This document shows positions 40,606-57,925 of a stretch of 64,000 nucleotides of DNA, piece by piece; position 1 is the stretch's first letter, and the number at the start of each line of letters is the position of its first letter. The notes beneath the pieces were generated by a model. It saw only the letters and a list, made by a program, of their open reading frames with translations, was not told the origin of the DNA and did no database searches. The position numbers and the translations under genes are program-made. Origin of the DNA: the human T2T-CHM13v2.0 reference genome, Homo sapiens; assembly GCF_009914755.1 (NCBI RefSeq), contig NC_060947.1; one strand, given 5' to 3'.

Positions 40606-43600
40606 TTCAGTAAATATTCTTTATGATGACGGTCATGATGAAAACTGCTGATAATTGTGTATTGGAGGATCACTGGAAATTTTCTTCATTCCTGATAGAC
40701 TATGGCACGGTGCTGTTAGCAGGTTAAAAAAAAAAAAAGGATGTTGCCAAGTAAAAGTGCAAAGATCACTTTATGTGGTCGACCTCCATCCAGTACATAT
40801 TGTTGGGGTTCAGATTGTTTTTGCTGTGGTTACTAGAGAAGCTTCTGGGGGAAAAGACACTGTATTCCAGTTCAAATTGAGACCCAGTGTGTCTGTGCTT
40901 TGAGAAATTTGTTCTGATGACCCATGAGGTATGAGTCACGTTTGTTCTCATGACTAGGCTGGCGAAAATTCATGTGTTGGAATCATGGCTAGACAAGAGG
41001 GTGAAAGCATGCAAGGTGTTCTCTGCTTTTAGATTTCTGGAGACAGTGAGAATTTTCTGCTCAGCAGTATAATGAAGGAGGTAGCAAACTAGATAATTCT
41101 TCAAAAAGACTGATCTGGAGCTCAAACTTCACAAAAAAGCCCCAGCTGTGACAGCTTTATTAGTACTCCTCACGTTCCTGAGCCTTAGTGTCATCAGCTT
41201 CCAGGAGATATTCCCAACCTGCCTGTCTATTTAAATAAAATAAATATGTGCTTAGAATCCACAAAACTCTGAACTAACACAGTGTGTCTAATATTTGTGC
41301 TAGTGTTACTGTATAACAACAGAGGTAAATCTGCAGGCAATAAAAGAAAAAAGAAGAGGACAATAATATCAGGGGAATAAGAACAAATGCGTGATCCAGG
41401 AAAAGCTATGCCTCAGAGAAGAAACAATAATATTTTATGGGAACTGCGTGGCATGTAACATAGTGATTCCCTATTCTGATTCTCTTTAGTGGACTCATTT
41501 AACACTTATACCTACAGACCTGGACCATGATCCATGTCCTGAAGACAGACTTGTTCTATTCATTTTCATTCTCAGATGCACCAGGAAGTAGCTCAGCAGC
41601 ACCACACCAAGTTATATAATCACAACTCTGTTAAATAACTGATGTTCAACATACGCACAAAGCAAGATAAGTGCTATGGCAAATGATCAGTGGAAAAGTA
41701 GCCACAAGGTGGAACCAGAGGGAAGGTTGGAAGCAACAAGACTCCCCCCTAAAGGCTGCCAATTCAATAGGATCTATAGCTACTTGCCAAGATAGCTGAT
41801 TCAGGTTAACTCTGATTGGTTAAAAATACTCTTTGGATATGGAGATTTAACCAGCTGTAAATCTACCTAATTATTCTTAGCTCATGTCTACATTTTCTCC
41901 AAATGATTCTGTTAGGTACATCTCATATGTCTTATTGCAATCAAGAAATAATGCCAACAACTTTCACTTAGAATACTAATGTACTGATACTCCATAAAAA
42001 GGACATAAAGTTATTTCAGTGTGACTTGTTTTCGGTGAACCCACAATGTCTCCTTTGTAATCGTATTTATTCCATACAAGATTTGGGCACTTTCAGAATC
42101 TCCTGCTATAAATTGTTTCCTGGGATTCTCCAACTTTTAGAAAATTATAATAATGTTTCTTTTTCATTCGAATTCTAGAGAGAATATTCGAATGTCCTTT
42201 TGAATTTCTTCTGTAATATCAATTAAGTTGGGCAGTAAATGTAGAATTAATTATTATAGTAAGTATTTAAAATCATCTCCTACCTTTTCTACTCTCATAT
42301 AGTGCAATTTATCCAACCTGTTATTGTATTTAGTCTTAGTATATGGAAGTGTTTTGCTGGCCCTAGAAATCGTGAATGAGCATTGCATTATGGACGCTTT
42401 CATAATGAGTTTTGTGAATGAGCATTCCTATTATGCCTTGTGTAGATGTACTGAACTACAAGCTCCTCTGGGTCTGTAATATTAGGAAGCTATTTTGAGA
42501 CTGTGATGGTTGGAAGGTGAATAAGAAGGAAATATGTAGTGTGGTTGCTGAAACTAGTATTCAAAGTATCATAAAATTCCCTAGTGTATTCAACCTGATG
42601 TAATTCATAAATGCAGCAAGAGCATATGGGAAGGGGCCACACTTACGGCCAGATAGGTGCAAGCATTGTGGTTCATGGAAAGCTTTTTGCTGAAAACAAA
42701 AGATGGAGCTCCACATCTAGGGGTAGAAAAAAGACAGGCGTTTAGAAATTTAGCAGGAATCAAGGCCTCATTCGGAGTTTCTTAGCCCACAGAAATTGGA
42801 TTGTTTTCAGTGTACTTTAGCAGAAGACCTTTTAGGAGAAAGGATATAAATAATAAACATAAGGGATCAGGTGAAAGGTCAGTGTATTGGGCATAAAGTG
42901 CCAAAAACATACTAAGGTCCAGTATTTACACTATCAAGTGACTACCTTCTTTGTTCCGTATCCCTACCCTGGGATACCTTCTCTCCAGGTCCCTGAACCC
43001 CTCCATTTGGACACAGCAGCTTTCAGACACATGTTGGGCCATGCCAGGTGTACACTCATGTACTCATAGGCCTAGCATCCCGCATGCCTAGCCACAAATA
43101 TACATAACTCTTCCTAGATATTTAAAGATAAGCCAGCCATATATACCCGTTAAAGAAATTATATGAACATAAATATATATACCCATAGTCATGTTACACA
43201 GGCATGTTAATACAAACACAGAAATTTACAATCAATCACCATATACATGTGCAACATACATTTATCAATTTGGCTTAAGGCAGAAAACCTTTTGCTACAG
43301 GTATGGGTAGATTTCTATGTTCTCTGAAGTTTGCTTAACTTTGGCTCAGATCTGAGCAACGTGTCTCCAAAAGAAAAGTGATTTACTCTATCTACAGTTG
43401 GGCAAGCTCTTATGAAGCATGATGATTTTAGATAAATGCTGCCATTTCCTACATATAATTGATACACTTTTGAAAGAGTTTTGATTTATATTCTGTTATC
43501 CATTCTGTTTTCTAGAAACACACTGTTTAAATAACTATATAATAAATTCGAGCAACATGAAAAAATATTTTCACCCCAGAAATAGATTATTTGTGTGATA

Positions 43601-43904
43601 TTTTAAGAAAATGTACTCATTCTACTTGGAATAGTAATGTCAACAGGGAAAATGTGGTGATGGGAGAGTTCCATTTTCATTTTTGACAGAGTAACTTATT
43701 TCAAAACAACTCTACCATTGAGCATAGCTATAAAAGCTAAGCAAAATAGAAAAGAACAGCTATGTAAAAGCATCAGAAAGCAATAAAAGAAGTGAGAACT
43801 TGTGAGGCCAAGGTCCTGTGGGTAATAAAATACATTGAGATTGACCAAATCTTTTCTGTTTCTCTCCCTTTAGAGTCAAATTTTTATGAATAAATAAACA
43901 AAAC

Positions 43905-45225
<1,321 letters not shown>

Positions 45226-45379
45226 GGATTTGATTTTTTAAATATATTGCTTAGTTTTTCTGCACCTGTGTTCATAAATGTAGATAGTGGAACTCCCTGG
45301 TGACTTCACCTTCCAGATTATTACAAATAGCTTGCTGAAAAAGCCTCCAAACCTTTCTATACAAATCCAAAATGTTCTG

Positions 45380-45620
45380 CAATTTTTTCGTGCAACATAT
45401 CTCACTCATTTTTCCATGTCAGTATGTACAGATCCACCTAATGCATATTAATGTCTTTAATTTGGATTTGGACATCTTTTATCTCTTCTACTGATGGATA
45501 TTTTGGCTGCCCTCAATCTTCCACTGTTAAAAACAATGTGATAATAAACATTCTTGTATATGTCATTTTGTACATAGAAGAAAATAATCTTCAGATTAAA
45601 TTACTTGAGGTAGAAATATA
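45380..45620 (-). mobile_element. L1ME 3' fragment
   Basis: ttccatgtcagtatgtacagatccacc...ctactgatggatattttggctg...ataaacattcttgtatatgtc. Confidence 0.55.
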
Positions 45621-47304
45621 CAGTAAACTAGAATTAATCTTCCTAAAAATTATTTTACTATCTCCTCTTTAGGTTTTATTACTCCCACCTCTGATCTTTA
45701 AGGATTTTTTCTGACCATGGCTTTGTCAAACTGTCTATAAGACATTTTAACATCTTGCTAACCCTTCCCAATTGTATTTTTAATTATAACCTTCACATGA
45801 GTCAAGTTCACAAACTTGCCTGATCTCAAGCTGTGTCTTCACAGAGTTACTGATGAAAATATTTTAAGCATCAACCACAGAATTACTATCAAAGTCAATA
45901 TAACTGTTTTTCTAGCTCGTATATTATGCTGAATACGGACATTCTTCTTGCTGGATATGGCTTAAAATGTGAATTTCTCTGTTCCAGATTATTGGTTAGG
46001 CTACTGAATATTAAATCATTAATTTTATTCATTTATTAAGTAATTCTCTTAGGGCACATGTTTTTTTCATGAAGGCACAATTTCTAGCAAAGATCTAACC
46101 TACAGTTCCAGGAATTTCAATCAGAAGGAGGAAATAAAATCTAAAATAAATAAATTTAAATATTTACTTAATATGGGAATTTTATGTTCAATGACAATTT
46201 AATCACCTTATTAAATAATCATCTTATTTAATATTGCATTTAAATAAAACACTTTGATTATGATATCAAAATGTTGTGGCCATATTTTTCTCTGCCTTAC
46301 CCTTGATAGGAGAGTCTCGATAATTTCCATGGGCTTAGCGGGGCTAACATTCACCAGTCAGTTTTTTTGTGCATAACTTAACAAACAGTTGTTGTAAAAT
46401 ATTGACCTTATATTTGCATACACGGTGTCCCAATCTACCTCACAATGACTTTCTAGTCTAAAAATATATTGTTACTGGAATGATTTGGACACAGGCCCTT
46501 CCTCATATTTATGTCTCTGTCTGGTAGTTTTATATCTCTTACCCATGAGGTTTGGTCTCCCACCTAGAGGTACACTTCCTTCCCTAATTCTGCCCTCGAA
46601 ATATTCCTTTCTTTACCCTCAGAGCTTCCAGGTTGCATCTTTTGACCCTGGTCTCGGTTCCTCTCCACACACAAATACCGGTTTGGAAAGGTGTCTTCAT
46701 TGGCCAAACAAATGAAAACAGGGGTGATATGGAGGGAGAAAATGAGAGTGGCCCTGTAGAGAAGCTCTTTCCTCTATTCACAATCACTTTCATTTTACTA
46801 AGCCCCATTTCCCATATGCCTGGCACAGCCTTTCTTGCAGAGCCCATTCCTCTAAACTGTTGCTAAATCCTAATTCAGTGTTTTCTACACACAAACATTA
46901 ATTTATTTCTTATGGGTGACCTCCTTAAATAGTCTCTTTGAAAAAAACTTTAGGGAAAATACAGGCAGATATGTCTCCCTTGTCAAAGACAAGAGGACAC
47001 TGACTCTAACCTTTTTGCACATTTCACTGTACTTTATTTATTAAAATGCTAGCTGTGAAAACCGTCAGAACTCTAATATGCTGGTTCCAAAATTACCAGA
47101 ACAGTAGCATGAAGCACCAAGGTTTTCAAAGTGCCAGGGAAATAATAATCCAAATAAAAAAGAACAGACCTTTATTTGGGTAATGTGTAAGTCCTTTGCC
47201 TACTACATGTGGGAAATATTTTTCATTTTATTTATCCTTTGTCTTTGTCTTTTTGTTTAGTTTTACTCCTGATAAGTTTTAAATTTATAAGCAGTAAAAT
47301 TAAC

Positions 47305-49040
<1,736 letters not shown>

Positions 49041-49499
49041 TGCTCAGAAAGAACTCCCCAACTCCAAGATGACAGTTTTTGGAGGCAGACTATCCATTTT
49101 TTCAGTACCTGTATTGTTTCTTCTTCACTTTCTCCTTCTCCTCCTTTTCTACCACTGCTGTTTTTATAGTGTTTGACTCCTCTAGATTTGTTTGGTGTAA
49201 AGAGTGAGGAAGGAAATAAGCTTGTTGTTCCAACCCATTTATTAATTAATGTATCTTTTCCCCTATTATTTGATATAAAACTTTTATAATATAGTGAATT
49301 CCTGTATACACATAGCTCTATTATTGGACTATAGTCTGTATAATTCTTTATTGTAGTATGTGGCTGCAGTAATACATGTTCATTATTCTTTTCTCATGTT
49401 TTCCTAAACATTCTCACCCATTTACTTTTCCACATTGACATGATATATAAATATCTTTCTATTTATATGGCCCATCTTCTTAGCTTAATGAATCATTTC

Positions 49500-49990
49500 T
49501 TGTAAGTTACATCTGTGATATAGCACATACATTGTACCTCATAAGAGAATCTTGACTATAAGTAATAATAAATGGACTATTTACTATATCACATCATGTA
49601 ACAAAACTCTAAATAGTAGGTCGTTTCAGGGTTCAGTCAGTGACTTAATGGTATTATCTAAGATCCATCTTCCTTCTCTAGTAATCTCAGCTTGTTGCTG
49701 TAACATAGCAATATCAGTTACAGATACTGCATTCAAGTTAAAATATCTATAAAAAGAAATGTTCCTGTCTTGAAACCCTTTTTAAGGTAGAGTTGATTAT
49801 AATTTTCCCATAAGTCCTTAAGTATGTGTTCTTTATACCACATTGATCAGAATTGCAACACATTGCTGAGCAGCTAGCAAGCAAAAGAACTGTCATAATA
49901 GACATAGAGACCAATCAGGAAACACCCCTTGGGGCTAGATAGGAATTCAATTTTCCCCAACCATCATGGATATTCAAAATTGGGCAAAAC
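49500..49990 (-). mobile_element. Old MLT1 (J/K-like) LTR
   Basis: cagggttcagtcagtgacttaatg...cattgatcagaattg...agaccaatcagga...ccccttggggct...caaaattggg. Confidence 0.5.
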
Positions 49991-50003
49991 CCACCAAAGT
50001 GCT

Positions 50004-50398
50004 TGTATTAATCTGTTCTCACATTGCTATAAAGAACTATCTGAGACTAGGTGATTTATAAAGTACAGAGGTTTAATTAGCTCATGGTTCCACAGGTTGT
50101 GCAGGAAGATGGCTATAGAAGCCTCAGGAAACTTACCATCATGATGGAAGGTGAAGGAGAAGCAAGCATGTATTACCACGGCAGAACAGGAGAGAGAGAT
50201 AATGAGAAGACAGGGGGGCAGGGGGAAGGTGCTACACACTTTTAAACAACCGGATCTCATGAGAACACCATCACAAGAATAGCAAGGGGGACGTCTGCCC
50301 CCATGATTCAACCACCTCACACCAGGCTCCTCCTTTAACATGTGGTGGTTAGAATTTGACCTGAGGTTTTGGTGGGAACACAGAGCCAAACCATATCA
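50004..50398 (-). mobile_element. MSTA-like MaLR LTR
   Basis: tgtattaatctgttctcacattgctataaagaacta...gcctcaggaaacttac...cagagccaaaccatatca. Confidence 0.92.
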
Positions 50399-51404
50399 TT
50401 CCACCCCTGGCACCTCCCAAATCTCATATTCTTCTCACATTTCAAAACACAATCATGCCTTATCAATAGTCTCCCAAGTTTTAATTCATTCCAGCATTAA
50501 CTCAAAAGTCCAAGTCCAAAGTCTTACCTGAGACAAGACAAGTCCCTTTCACCTATCAGCCTGTAAAATAGAAAAACAAGTCAGTTACTTCCAAGCTACA
50601 ATATGTGTATAGACATTGGGTAAACCGTTCCATTACAAGAGGGAAAATTCAACCAAAACAAAGGGCAAGCCCATGCAAGTCCGAAACCCAGCAGGGTAGT
50701 CATTAAATCCTAAAGCTCCAAAATAACCTCCTTTGACTCCATGTCTCACATCCAGGACACACTGATGTAATGGGTGGATCCCAAGGCCTTGGGCAGCTCC
50801 ACCCCTGTGGCTGCTTTCATGAGCTGGTATTGTGTGCCTGCAGCTTTCCTATGTGCATGGTGCAAGCTGTCAGTGGATCTACCATACTGGGGTCTGGAGG
50901 ACAGTGGCCCTCTTCTCACAGCTCCACTAGGCAGTGCCCCAGTGGGGACTCTGTGTGGGGGCTCCAACTCCACATTTCCCCTCTGCACTGCCCTAGCAGA
51001 GGTTCTCCATGAAGGCTCTGCCCATGCAGCAGACTTCTGCCTGGACATTCAGGCATTTTTATACATCCTTTGAAATCTAGGTGGAAGCTCTCAAACCTCA
51101 GCTCTTGCCTTCTGCACACCCACAGGCCCAACACTATGCAGAAGCTGCCAAAGCTTGGGGTTACACCCTCTGAAGCAACAACCTGAGCTGTACCTTGGCC
51201 CCTTTTAGCCACAGCTGGAGATGGAGTAGCTGAGACACAAAGTACCATGTCCTGAGGCTTCACAGAGCAGCGGAGCCTTAGGCCTGGCCCATGAAACCAT
51301 TATTTCCTCCTAGGTCTCCAGGCCTTTGACAGGAGAGGCTGCCACTAAGGTCTCTGAAAAGCCCTGAAAGCATTTTTCCAGTTGTCTTGTCTGTTAACAT
51401 TTGG
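50399..51404 (-). mobile_element. MST internal sequence (truncated)
   Basis: ttccacccctgg...aactcaaaagtccaagtccaaagtc...cagctccactaggcagtgccccagtggggactctgtgtggg, MaLR internal region directly abutting the LTR. Confidence 0.9.
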
Positions 51405-52814
51405 ATGCTTCAAAATCAGCAGAGTCTTCCCACTTATGTTTCGGGATTGAGTAGTGTTTGCTAAAGTAGAAGAACAGACTCTTGTGCAGTGTTTCTGTCT
51501 CTAGTATGCCTTCCTTTAAAACTTTAAAGTAATTTAAACTTGTAAGTATGTGAGAAAAATTCAAAATCTAAACACTTTTAAAATTAAAAATGAAGTCTTA
51601 CTTCTTGATCCCAGGCTTTCTTTTAAAAAGTAACATTGTTGATACTTTTTTTACAAATCCTACACTATGCATCTTTTATTAATTTTTGGTAAACTTTTTA
51701 TTGAAATATGAAATACATAAGGAAAGGTGCATGGATGTTGAGTGTATATCTTGATGGATTGTCACAATGTGAGTACACTTGTGCTATTTGTGCATAAATA
51801 TCTCCCACTGCACTTATGCCCATTCAAAGAGCCTAGAGAAAAATATTTTATAGTTCCTCACCAATGCTTCAAAACTTAACCCCCTCTAGCTGGCCACCCC
51901 AGAAATCTTGGTCTTTTGAACATATGAATTAGCTCCCCACATGGCAGCCTTCTTCTATTTCTGTGATTTTTGCAAGACTATTACCAACATATGGAGTTTA
52001 GAAGGCCAATAGATGGAAATTTTCTCTTCTCTCCTAAGTTCAGAATTGAGAGAGATGCACATACAGACACACAGAGTATAAATTGTATTATTGGGTAAAA
52101 GCTCTATTGCAGTATATCTTAGATTTGTTGTGACAACAGAAGTGGACAACTCCAGGAAAGATGAATAAGAAAACAACGCTTGGACATGTAATCATTGACT
52201 TTAATAATACACCACCCCTAAGTTGGATTAGACTCCATACATCTAAGCTATCTCATTTCAGGAATAGAACTTATCTGATAAACTTACTGCATAATGAGAA
52301 ATAGTTCAGAGTAAGCTCTGTGAGGCAAGGCATAAAAAGAGGCCAAAGAGGTGCAGGGTAATTTGAGCATGCTCAAGTATCCAGTTTATGTATAAAGTAA
52401 GTCACTTCTTCCACATACTCCACACCTTGCTGCAGCCCCAGGACAGACATGGGGAGAGGATGGAGAGGAACTTGAAATGCTCTTCCCACAATTTTATTTT
52501 CCTGGAGACTAGAGTAGAAATTCCATTTTTGTATGTGGAAATAAGGAGTGGAGAAAAAGTTAAAATGAAATAATATGCTAGCAATTTGATTTCTTCTAAT
52601 TTATAATTAAAATAGCTATCATGACCCCAAAAAGAAAAGAAAAATCTCATAAAAACATCAAGAAGTAAGACTGGCAGCTGAACTAGTTTCAGAATATGGG
52701 AAGAATTTCAATTAGGTAAAATACAAGAAAACTTAAATGAGAACCCCAGTTCTTTGTAACTGCAACAAATGTTTGCCATGTAAGCAATGTTAGGGGCATT
52801 ATACCATTTTAATA

Positions 52815-53990
52815 CAGGCAAGGTTCATTTTATTGCATTTTTATTTATTATGCTTTCCAGATATTGTGATTTTTACAAATTGAAGGTGTGTGGCAACCCT
52901 ACCTATATTTAGCAATTACAGCGACACTACTATTTCAACAGTATGTGCTCACTTCGTGTCTCTGTCACATTTTTCTAATTCTCACAATATTTTAAACTTT
53001 TACATTATTATTATATCTGATATGGTGATCTGTGATCAGTGATTTTTTATATACTTATTGTAATTGTTTTGAAGTGCCACAGACTGCGCTTATATAAGAC
53101 AGTAAATTGAATTGGTAAATATTGTGTGTTCTGACTGCTTCACTGATTGGCTGTTCCCCCATCTGTCTCCCTCTCCTTGGACATCTCTATTCAATGAGAC
53201 ACAACAGTATTGAAATTAGGACAATTAATAACCCTCCATTGCCTTCTAAGTGTTCAAGGAAAATGAACAATCACATGTATCTCACTTTAAATCAAAAACC
53301 AGAAATGATTAAGCCTAATGAGAAAGGCATATCAAAAGCCAAAATAGACTGAAACCTGGGCCTCGTGTGCCAAACAGTTAGCCAAGCTGTGAATGCAAAG
53401 GAAAAGTTCTTCAAGGAAATTAAAAATGCTACTCCAGTAAGCACACAAATAATTTTAAAAAGTGAAACAAACAATGCTGATGTTGGGAGAGTTTGGGTGG
53501 TCAGGATAGAAGATCAAACCAACCACAATATTCCCTTAATCCAAAGCCTAGTCCAGAGGAAGGCCCTTCCTATCATCAATTCTGTGAAGGTTTAGAGAGG
53601 TGACAAAGCTGTAGAAGAAAAGGTTGAAGCCAGCAGAAGTTGGTTCATGAGGTTTATGGAAAGAAACTGCCTCCATAACAAAAAGGTGCAAGGTGAAGCA
53701 GCAAGTGCTGATACAGAAGCTGCAGCAAGTTATACAGAAAGCTAAGCTAAGATCTAAGATAATGAAGGTGGCTACACTAAACAACAAAATGTTGATGCAG
53801 ATGAAACAGCCGTCTATTGGAAAAAGATGCCATCTAAGGCTTTCATATTTAGAGAGGAGTCAATGCCTGACTTCAAAGCTTCAAAAGACAGACTGACTCT
53901 CTTGTTAGGGACTAGTGAAGCTGGTAATTTTAAGTTGAAGCCGGTGCTCATCCACCATTCTGAAAAACCTAGGTTCCTAAGAATTATGCT
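52815..53990 (+). mobile_element. Tigger1 DNA transposon, 5' half with decayed pogo-family transposase
   Basis: TA|caggca 5' end; translated SQAVNAKEKFFKEIKNATPV and FKASKDRLTLLLG...GNFKLKPVLIHHSE match Tigger1 transposase; multiple stops. Confidence 0.93.
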
Positions 53991-55184
53991 GAGGGAGGCA
54001 GCAATATGGTCAACTAGATGCAGCCAGAAAGATCATCTGCTACCAAAGGACCAGGACATCAGGAAGACCAGTGCACTCCTAGCAGATCTTCAGAAGGAAG
54101 GCATTGAGAGTAGATGGAGGGGAGATACGGATGCTGGGCTGAAGGAGAAGGAAGCTGGTAACTCTGAATGGGGCTACCCTGCACCAGGACTCACTCCTGG
54201 CTCCAAGTGACTCCTGAGGAAGGGGTGTGTTGAACAGGAAAGGCGCAACCTGCTCTCGCCATGTGCCTAAGGAATCCTGGCAGAAGGAGACCTCATGACC
54301 ACAAAGGACACGTGAGGTGGCAGGAAGAGCTGCTTAGAAAAGTGGTAGGGGCAGAACTTCAGCCAGTGCAGAGCCCAGAGGGTTTGGTGCAAAGCATCTG
54401 GAGTGGAGGACCTCCAAGATACTCATTTCCCAAGCTTGACTTGCTCTTGTAGGACACTTTAGTCCTAGGGGAATTGTCAGACCTGAACTCTGCAAGGAGA
54501 TCTTGCCCATGAGATGGACCAGTCTGACCTGAGCACCCCTCAGTCAGCTTGCCTCTGCCAAGGCCCCAGCCTGGCTGTACCTGCTTGCAGTGCAGCCTCG
54601 GATCCCCCTGGGGACCTGCATCATAGCTCCTGAACTGGCAGATGACACCTGACAGAGAGCTCCAGCCGAGAGGCCCCCACTGACACACACCAGCCCATCT
54701 ATGCCTTCCCCAAACTGCAGCCTCCCCTGTGCCACTTTGCTTGCACACACTCATCTACTGCCACCCCCCACATTGCTTTGCTGGTTCATGTGTGCATGGG
54801 TAGACCTTGACTCCCCTTCCCTGCCAAGGCAAGGGTGCACGTGCACCCTGCTATTTCACTGCTGCTGGCATAAGTGCACCACACCACCCTACTCCCTACA
54901 GCACAGCCACTGCTATCAGAGGATTGGCAGGAATAGAGTCCATCAGGCCCACCCCAACCAGCACCCTGCCCGTGTATTGACACTGCCACTGGTGCAAAAC
55001 TAACCACAGAAAACAGTGGACCTGCCCCCATCCTGACTGGCAGTGGACACCACTGCCCAAATGAAAATGTACAGAGGGCACACATAGTGCCCAGCAGTGC
55101 TCCACCCTTGTGCTAACACCACCACAGGTACAAACAAATACACAGTTGCCAGCAGAGCCCACAGCCCAACCCAAGCTATGCTGC

Positions 55185-55825
55185 CGATACAGGAGCTAGA
55201 AAGAAAGTATTTAGGCAGATAGTGAGGGTAAGAGAGTCCTTGGTAAGGTTTCCTTTTAATAAAAAGAAGCCCCAAAATCATTTCTTTTCTAACAAAAAGC
55301 AGCCTGAAGTATCAAGCTTCAAGTATAGATAAGCAAGCTAAATGCTTGCAGAGGTAAATGCTGGCCACTGTGCCAATAGAAAAAAAATACCTGGAAGCCA
55401 GGTATATTCAACACGGAGGTTCCCTCTTTCCTTTTCTTTGTCAACCATCTGTGCAGTAAAGAGGCAGGCAGCATGACACCAGGCAGGTAGAGAAACAATT
55501 TGCATAATAAAATATTAGGGTGGAGCAGCCAGCTTCTTTGCACGCTATGTAAATGGTACACCTGGTCCAACCAATCTTTTGGGCCCTATGTAAATCAGAC
55601 ACTGCCTCTTCAAGCTTGTCTATGAAACCCCATGCATTTCACCACAGAACTGGAAGCCCCACTCAGGAGTCCCTGTCTCTCTGCAGGAGAGAATTCTCTT
55701 TTCTCTTTTCTTTCGCCTGTTAAACCTCCGCTCGTAAGCTCACTTGTCGTGTGTCCACGTCTTCGATGTCCTTGGTGTGAGGTGACAAACCTCAGGTATT
55801 TACCCCAGACAGCAATGCTGCCTCA
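55185..55825 (+). mobile_element. ERV1 solo LTR (same family as 18392-19026) inside the L1 5'UTR
   Basis: (c)gatacaggagctagaaagaaagtatttaggcagatagtgaggg...gctgcctca; perfect 4-bp TSD ctgc at 55181-55184 and 55826-55829. Confidence 0.87.
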
Positions 55826-56938
55826 CTGCCACCACTGCTGCTGTGACCACCAGCATAGAGGCAGGGACCCCAGAACCCACTAGCACCATGCTGTCTTGCC
55901 ACACTGCTGCTGCTGCTGGCACATGTGAATGAGCATGAGTCTCACTGCCACTGCCCTACAAAGTGCTTTGACTGGCACCACCCAATGAAGCACTCAGCGC
56001 CTTCATTGCAGCAGGTCCCTAACATCAAGAAGCCAAAGAACAAAGCTGGGGCTCAGTAACATTTCCTCATAGTTAGAGCACACAATCCAGAAACCTGAGC
56101 TGAGTCTTGCCACCTAAAATCTTACAGAAACAAAGCTAGTCGACTGAACCCACCTTATCCCACATCCAAATCCCCAGGGTCATCAAATAGCCTAAAACAA
56201 ACAAAAAACACCCAAGGAACAGCAACTTTAAAGATTGAGAGAACATCAGCCCACAAAAATTAGAAGAAACCCGTGCAAGAACTCTGACAACTCAAAAAGC
56301 CAGATGGTCTTATTTCCACCAATCAACCACACTAGTTGTCCAGCAAGGGTTCTTAACTAGGTTGAAATGGCTGAAATGACAGAAACAGAATTCAGAATAT
56401 GGGTAGAAATAATCAAGATTCAGGAGAATGCTGAAACCCAATCAAAGAAAGCCAGGAATCACAATAGAGCAATACAGGAGCAAACAGACAAAATAGCTAG
56501 TATAGAAAAAATGTAACTGACTGATAGAGCTTAAAAACACACTATAAAAATTACAAAATGGAATTGCAAGAATTAGCAGCAGAATAGACCAAGCTGGGGA
56601 ATCTCAGAGCTTGAAGACAGGCTTATTGAAACAAGACAGACAACAATAAAGAAAAAAAAATGAAAAGGAACAAACAAAACCTAAGAGAAATATAGGATAT
56701 GTAAAAAGACCAAGTGTATGACACAATTTCCTCTCTGAAAGAGATGGAGAGAATGGAAGCAACTTGGAAAACATATTTCAGGATATCATCCATGAGAACA
56801 TCTTCAACCTAGCTAAAGAGACCAACATTCAAATACAGGAAACGCACAGAACCCCCATAAGATACTTCACCAGAAGACCATACCTAAGACAAATAATAAT
56901 CAGATTCTCCAAGGTCGAAATGAAAAAAAAAAAACGTT

Positions 56939-57259
<321 letters not shown>

Positions 57260-57545
57260 CTAGAGAGAAATAACAGGTCACCTACAAAGGGAACCTCATC
57301 ACATCAGTGGCAGAACTCTTAGGAGAAACCCTTCATGTTGGAAAATACTGGGGGACCTATATTAAACATATCGAAAGAAAAAAATTCCAACCAAGAATTT
57401 CCTATCTGGCCAAACTAAGCTTCATAAGCAAAGCAAAATAAGAGCCTTTTCAGAGAAATAAATGCTGAAGGAATTTATTTCCATGAGACTTGCCAAACAA
57501 GAGCTCCTGAAATAAGCACTGAATATAAAAAGGAAAGACTGTTAC

Positions 57546-57925
57546 TGCGTTAGTCCATTCTCACACTGCTAATAAAGACATACCTGAGACTGGGCAATTT
57601 ATTAAGGAAAGAAGTTTCATTGACTCACAGTTCAGCATCGCTGGGGAGGCTTTAGGAAACTTACAATCATTGCAGAAGGGGAAGCAAACACGTCCTTTTC
57701 CACATAATGGCAGGAAGGAGAAGTGCAGAGTGAAAGGGGGCAAAGCCCCTTATAAAACCATCAGATCTCATGAGAACTCACTCACTATCATAAGAACAGC
57801 ATGGAGGAATGCTCCCATGATCTAATCACCTCCCATCAGGTCCCTTCCCCAACACGTGGGGATTACAATTCAGATTACATTTCAAAATGAGATTTGAGTG
57901 GGGAACGCAGAGCCAGACCATATCA
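57546..57925 (-). mobile_element. THE1 (C/D-like) solo LTR between L1 ORF1 and ORF2
   Basis: tgcgttagtccattctcacactgctaataaagacatacctgagactggg...gccagaccatatca; 5-bp TSD gttac/gttag. Confidence 0.92.

Noticed and set aside
50746-51263. Overlapping ORFs on both strands in GC-richer DNA
   Set aside because: MST internal sequence; the GC content makes stop-free stretches common
53365-54210. Transposase-like ORFs (possible domesticated TIGD-type gene)
   Set aside because: Fragmented Tigger1 with stops and frameshifts; the catalytic half is missing and the 127-aa ORF runs into the L1 5'UTR
54000-55180. GC-rich region resembling a gene promoter
   Set aside because: Old L1 5'UTR with decayed CpGs; not a CpG island
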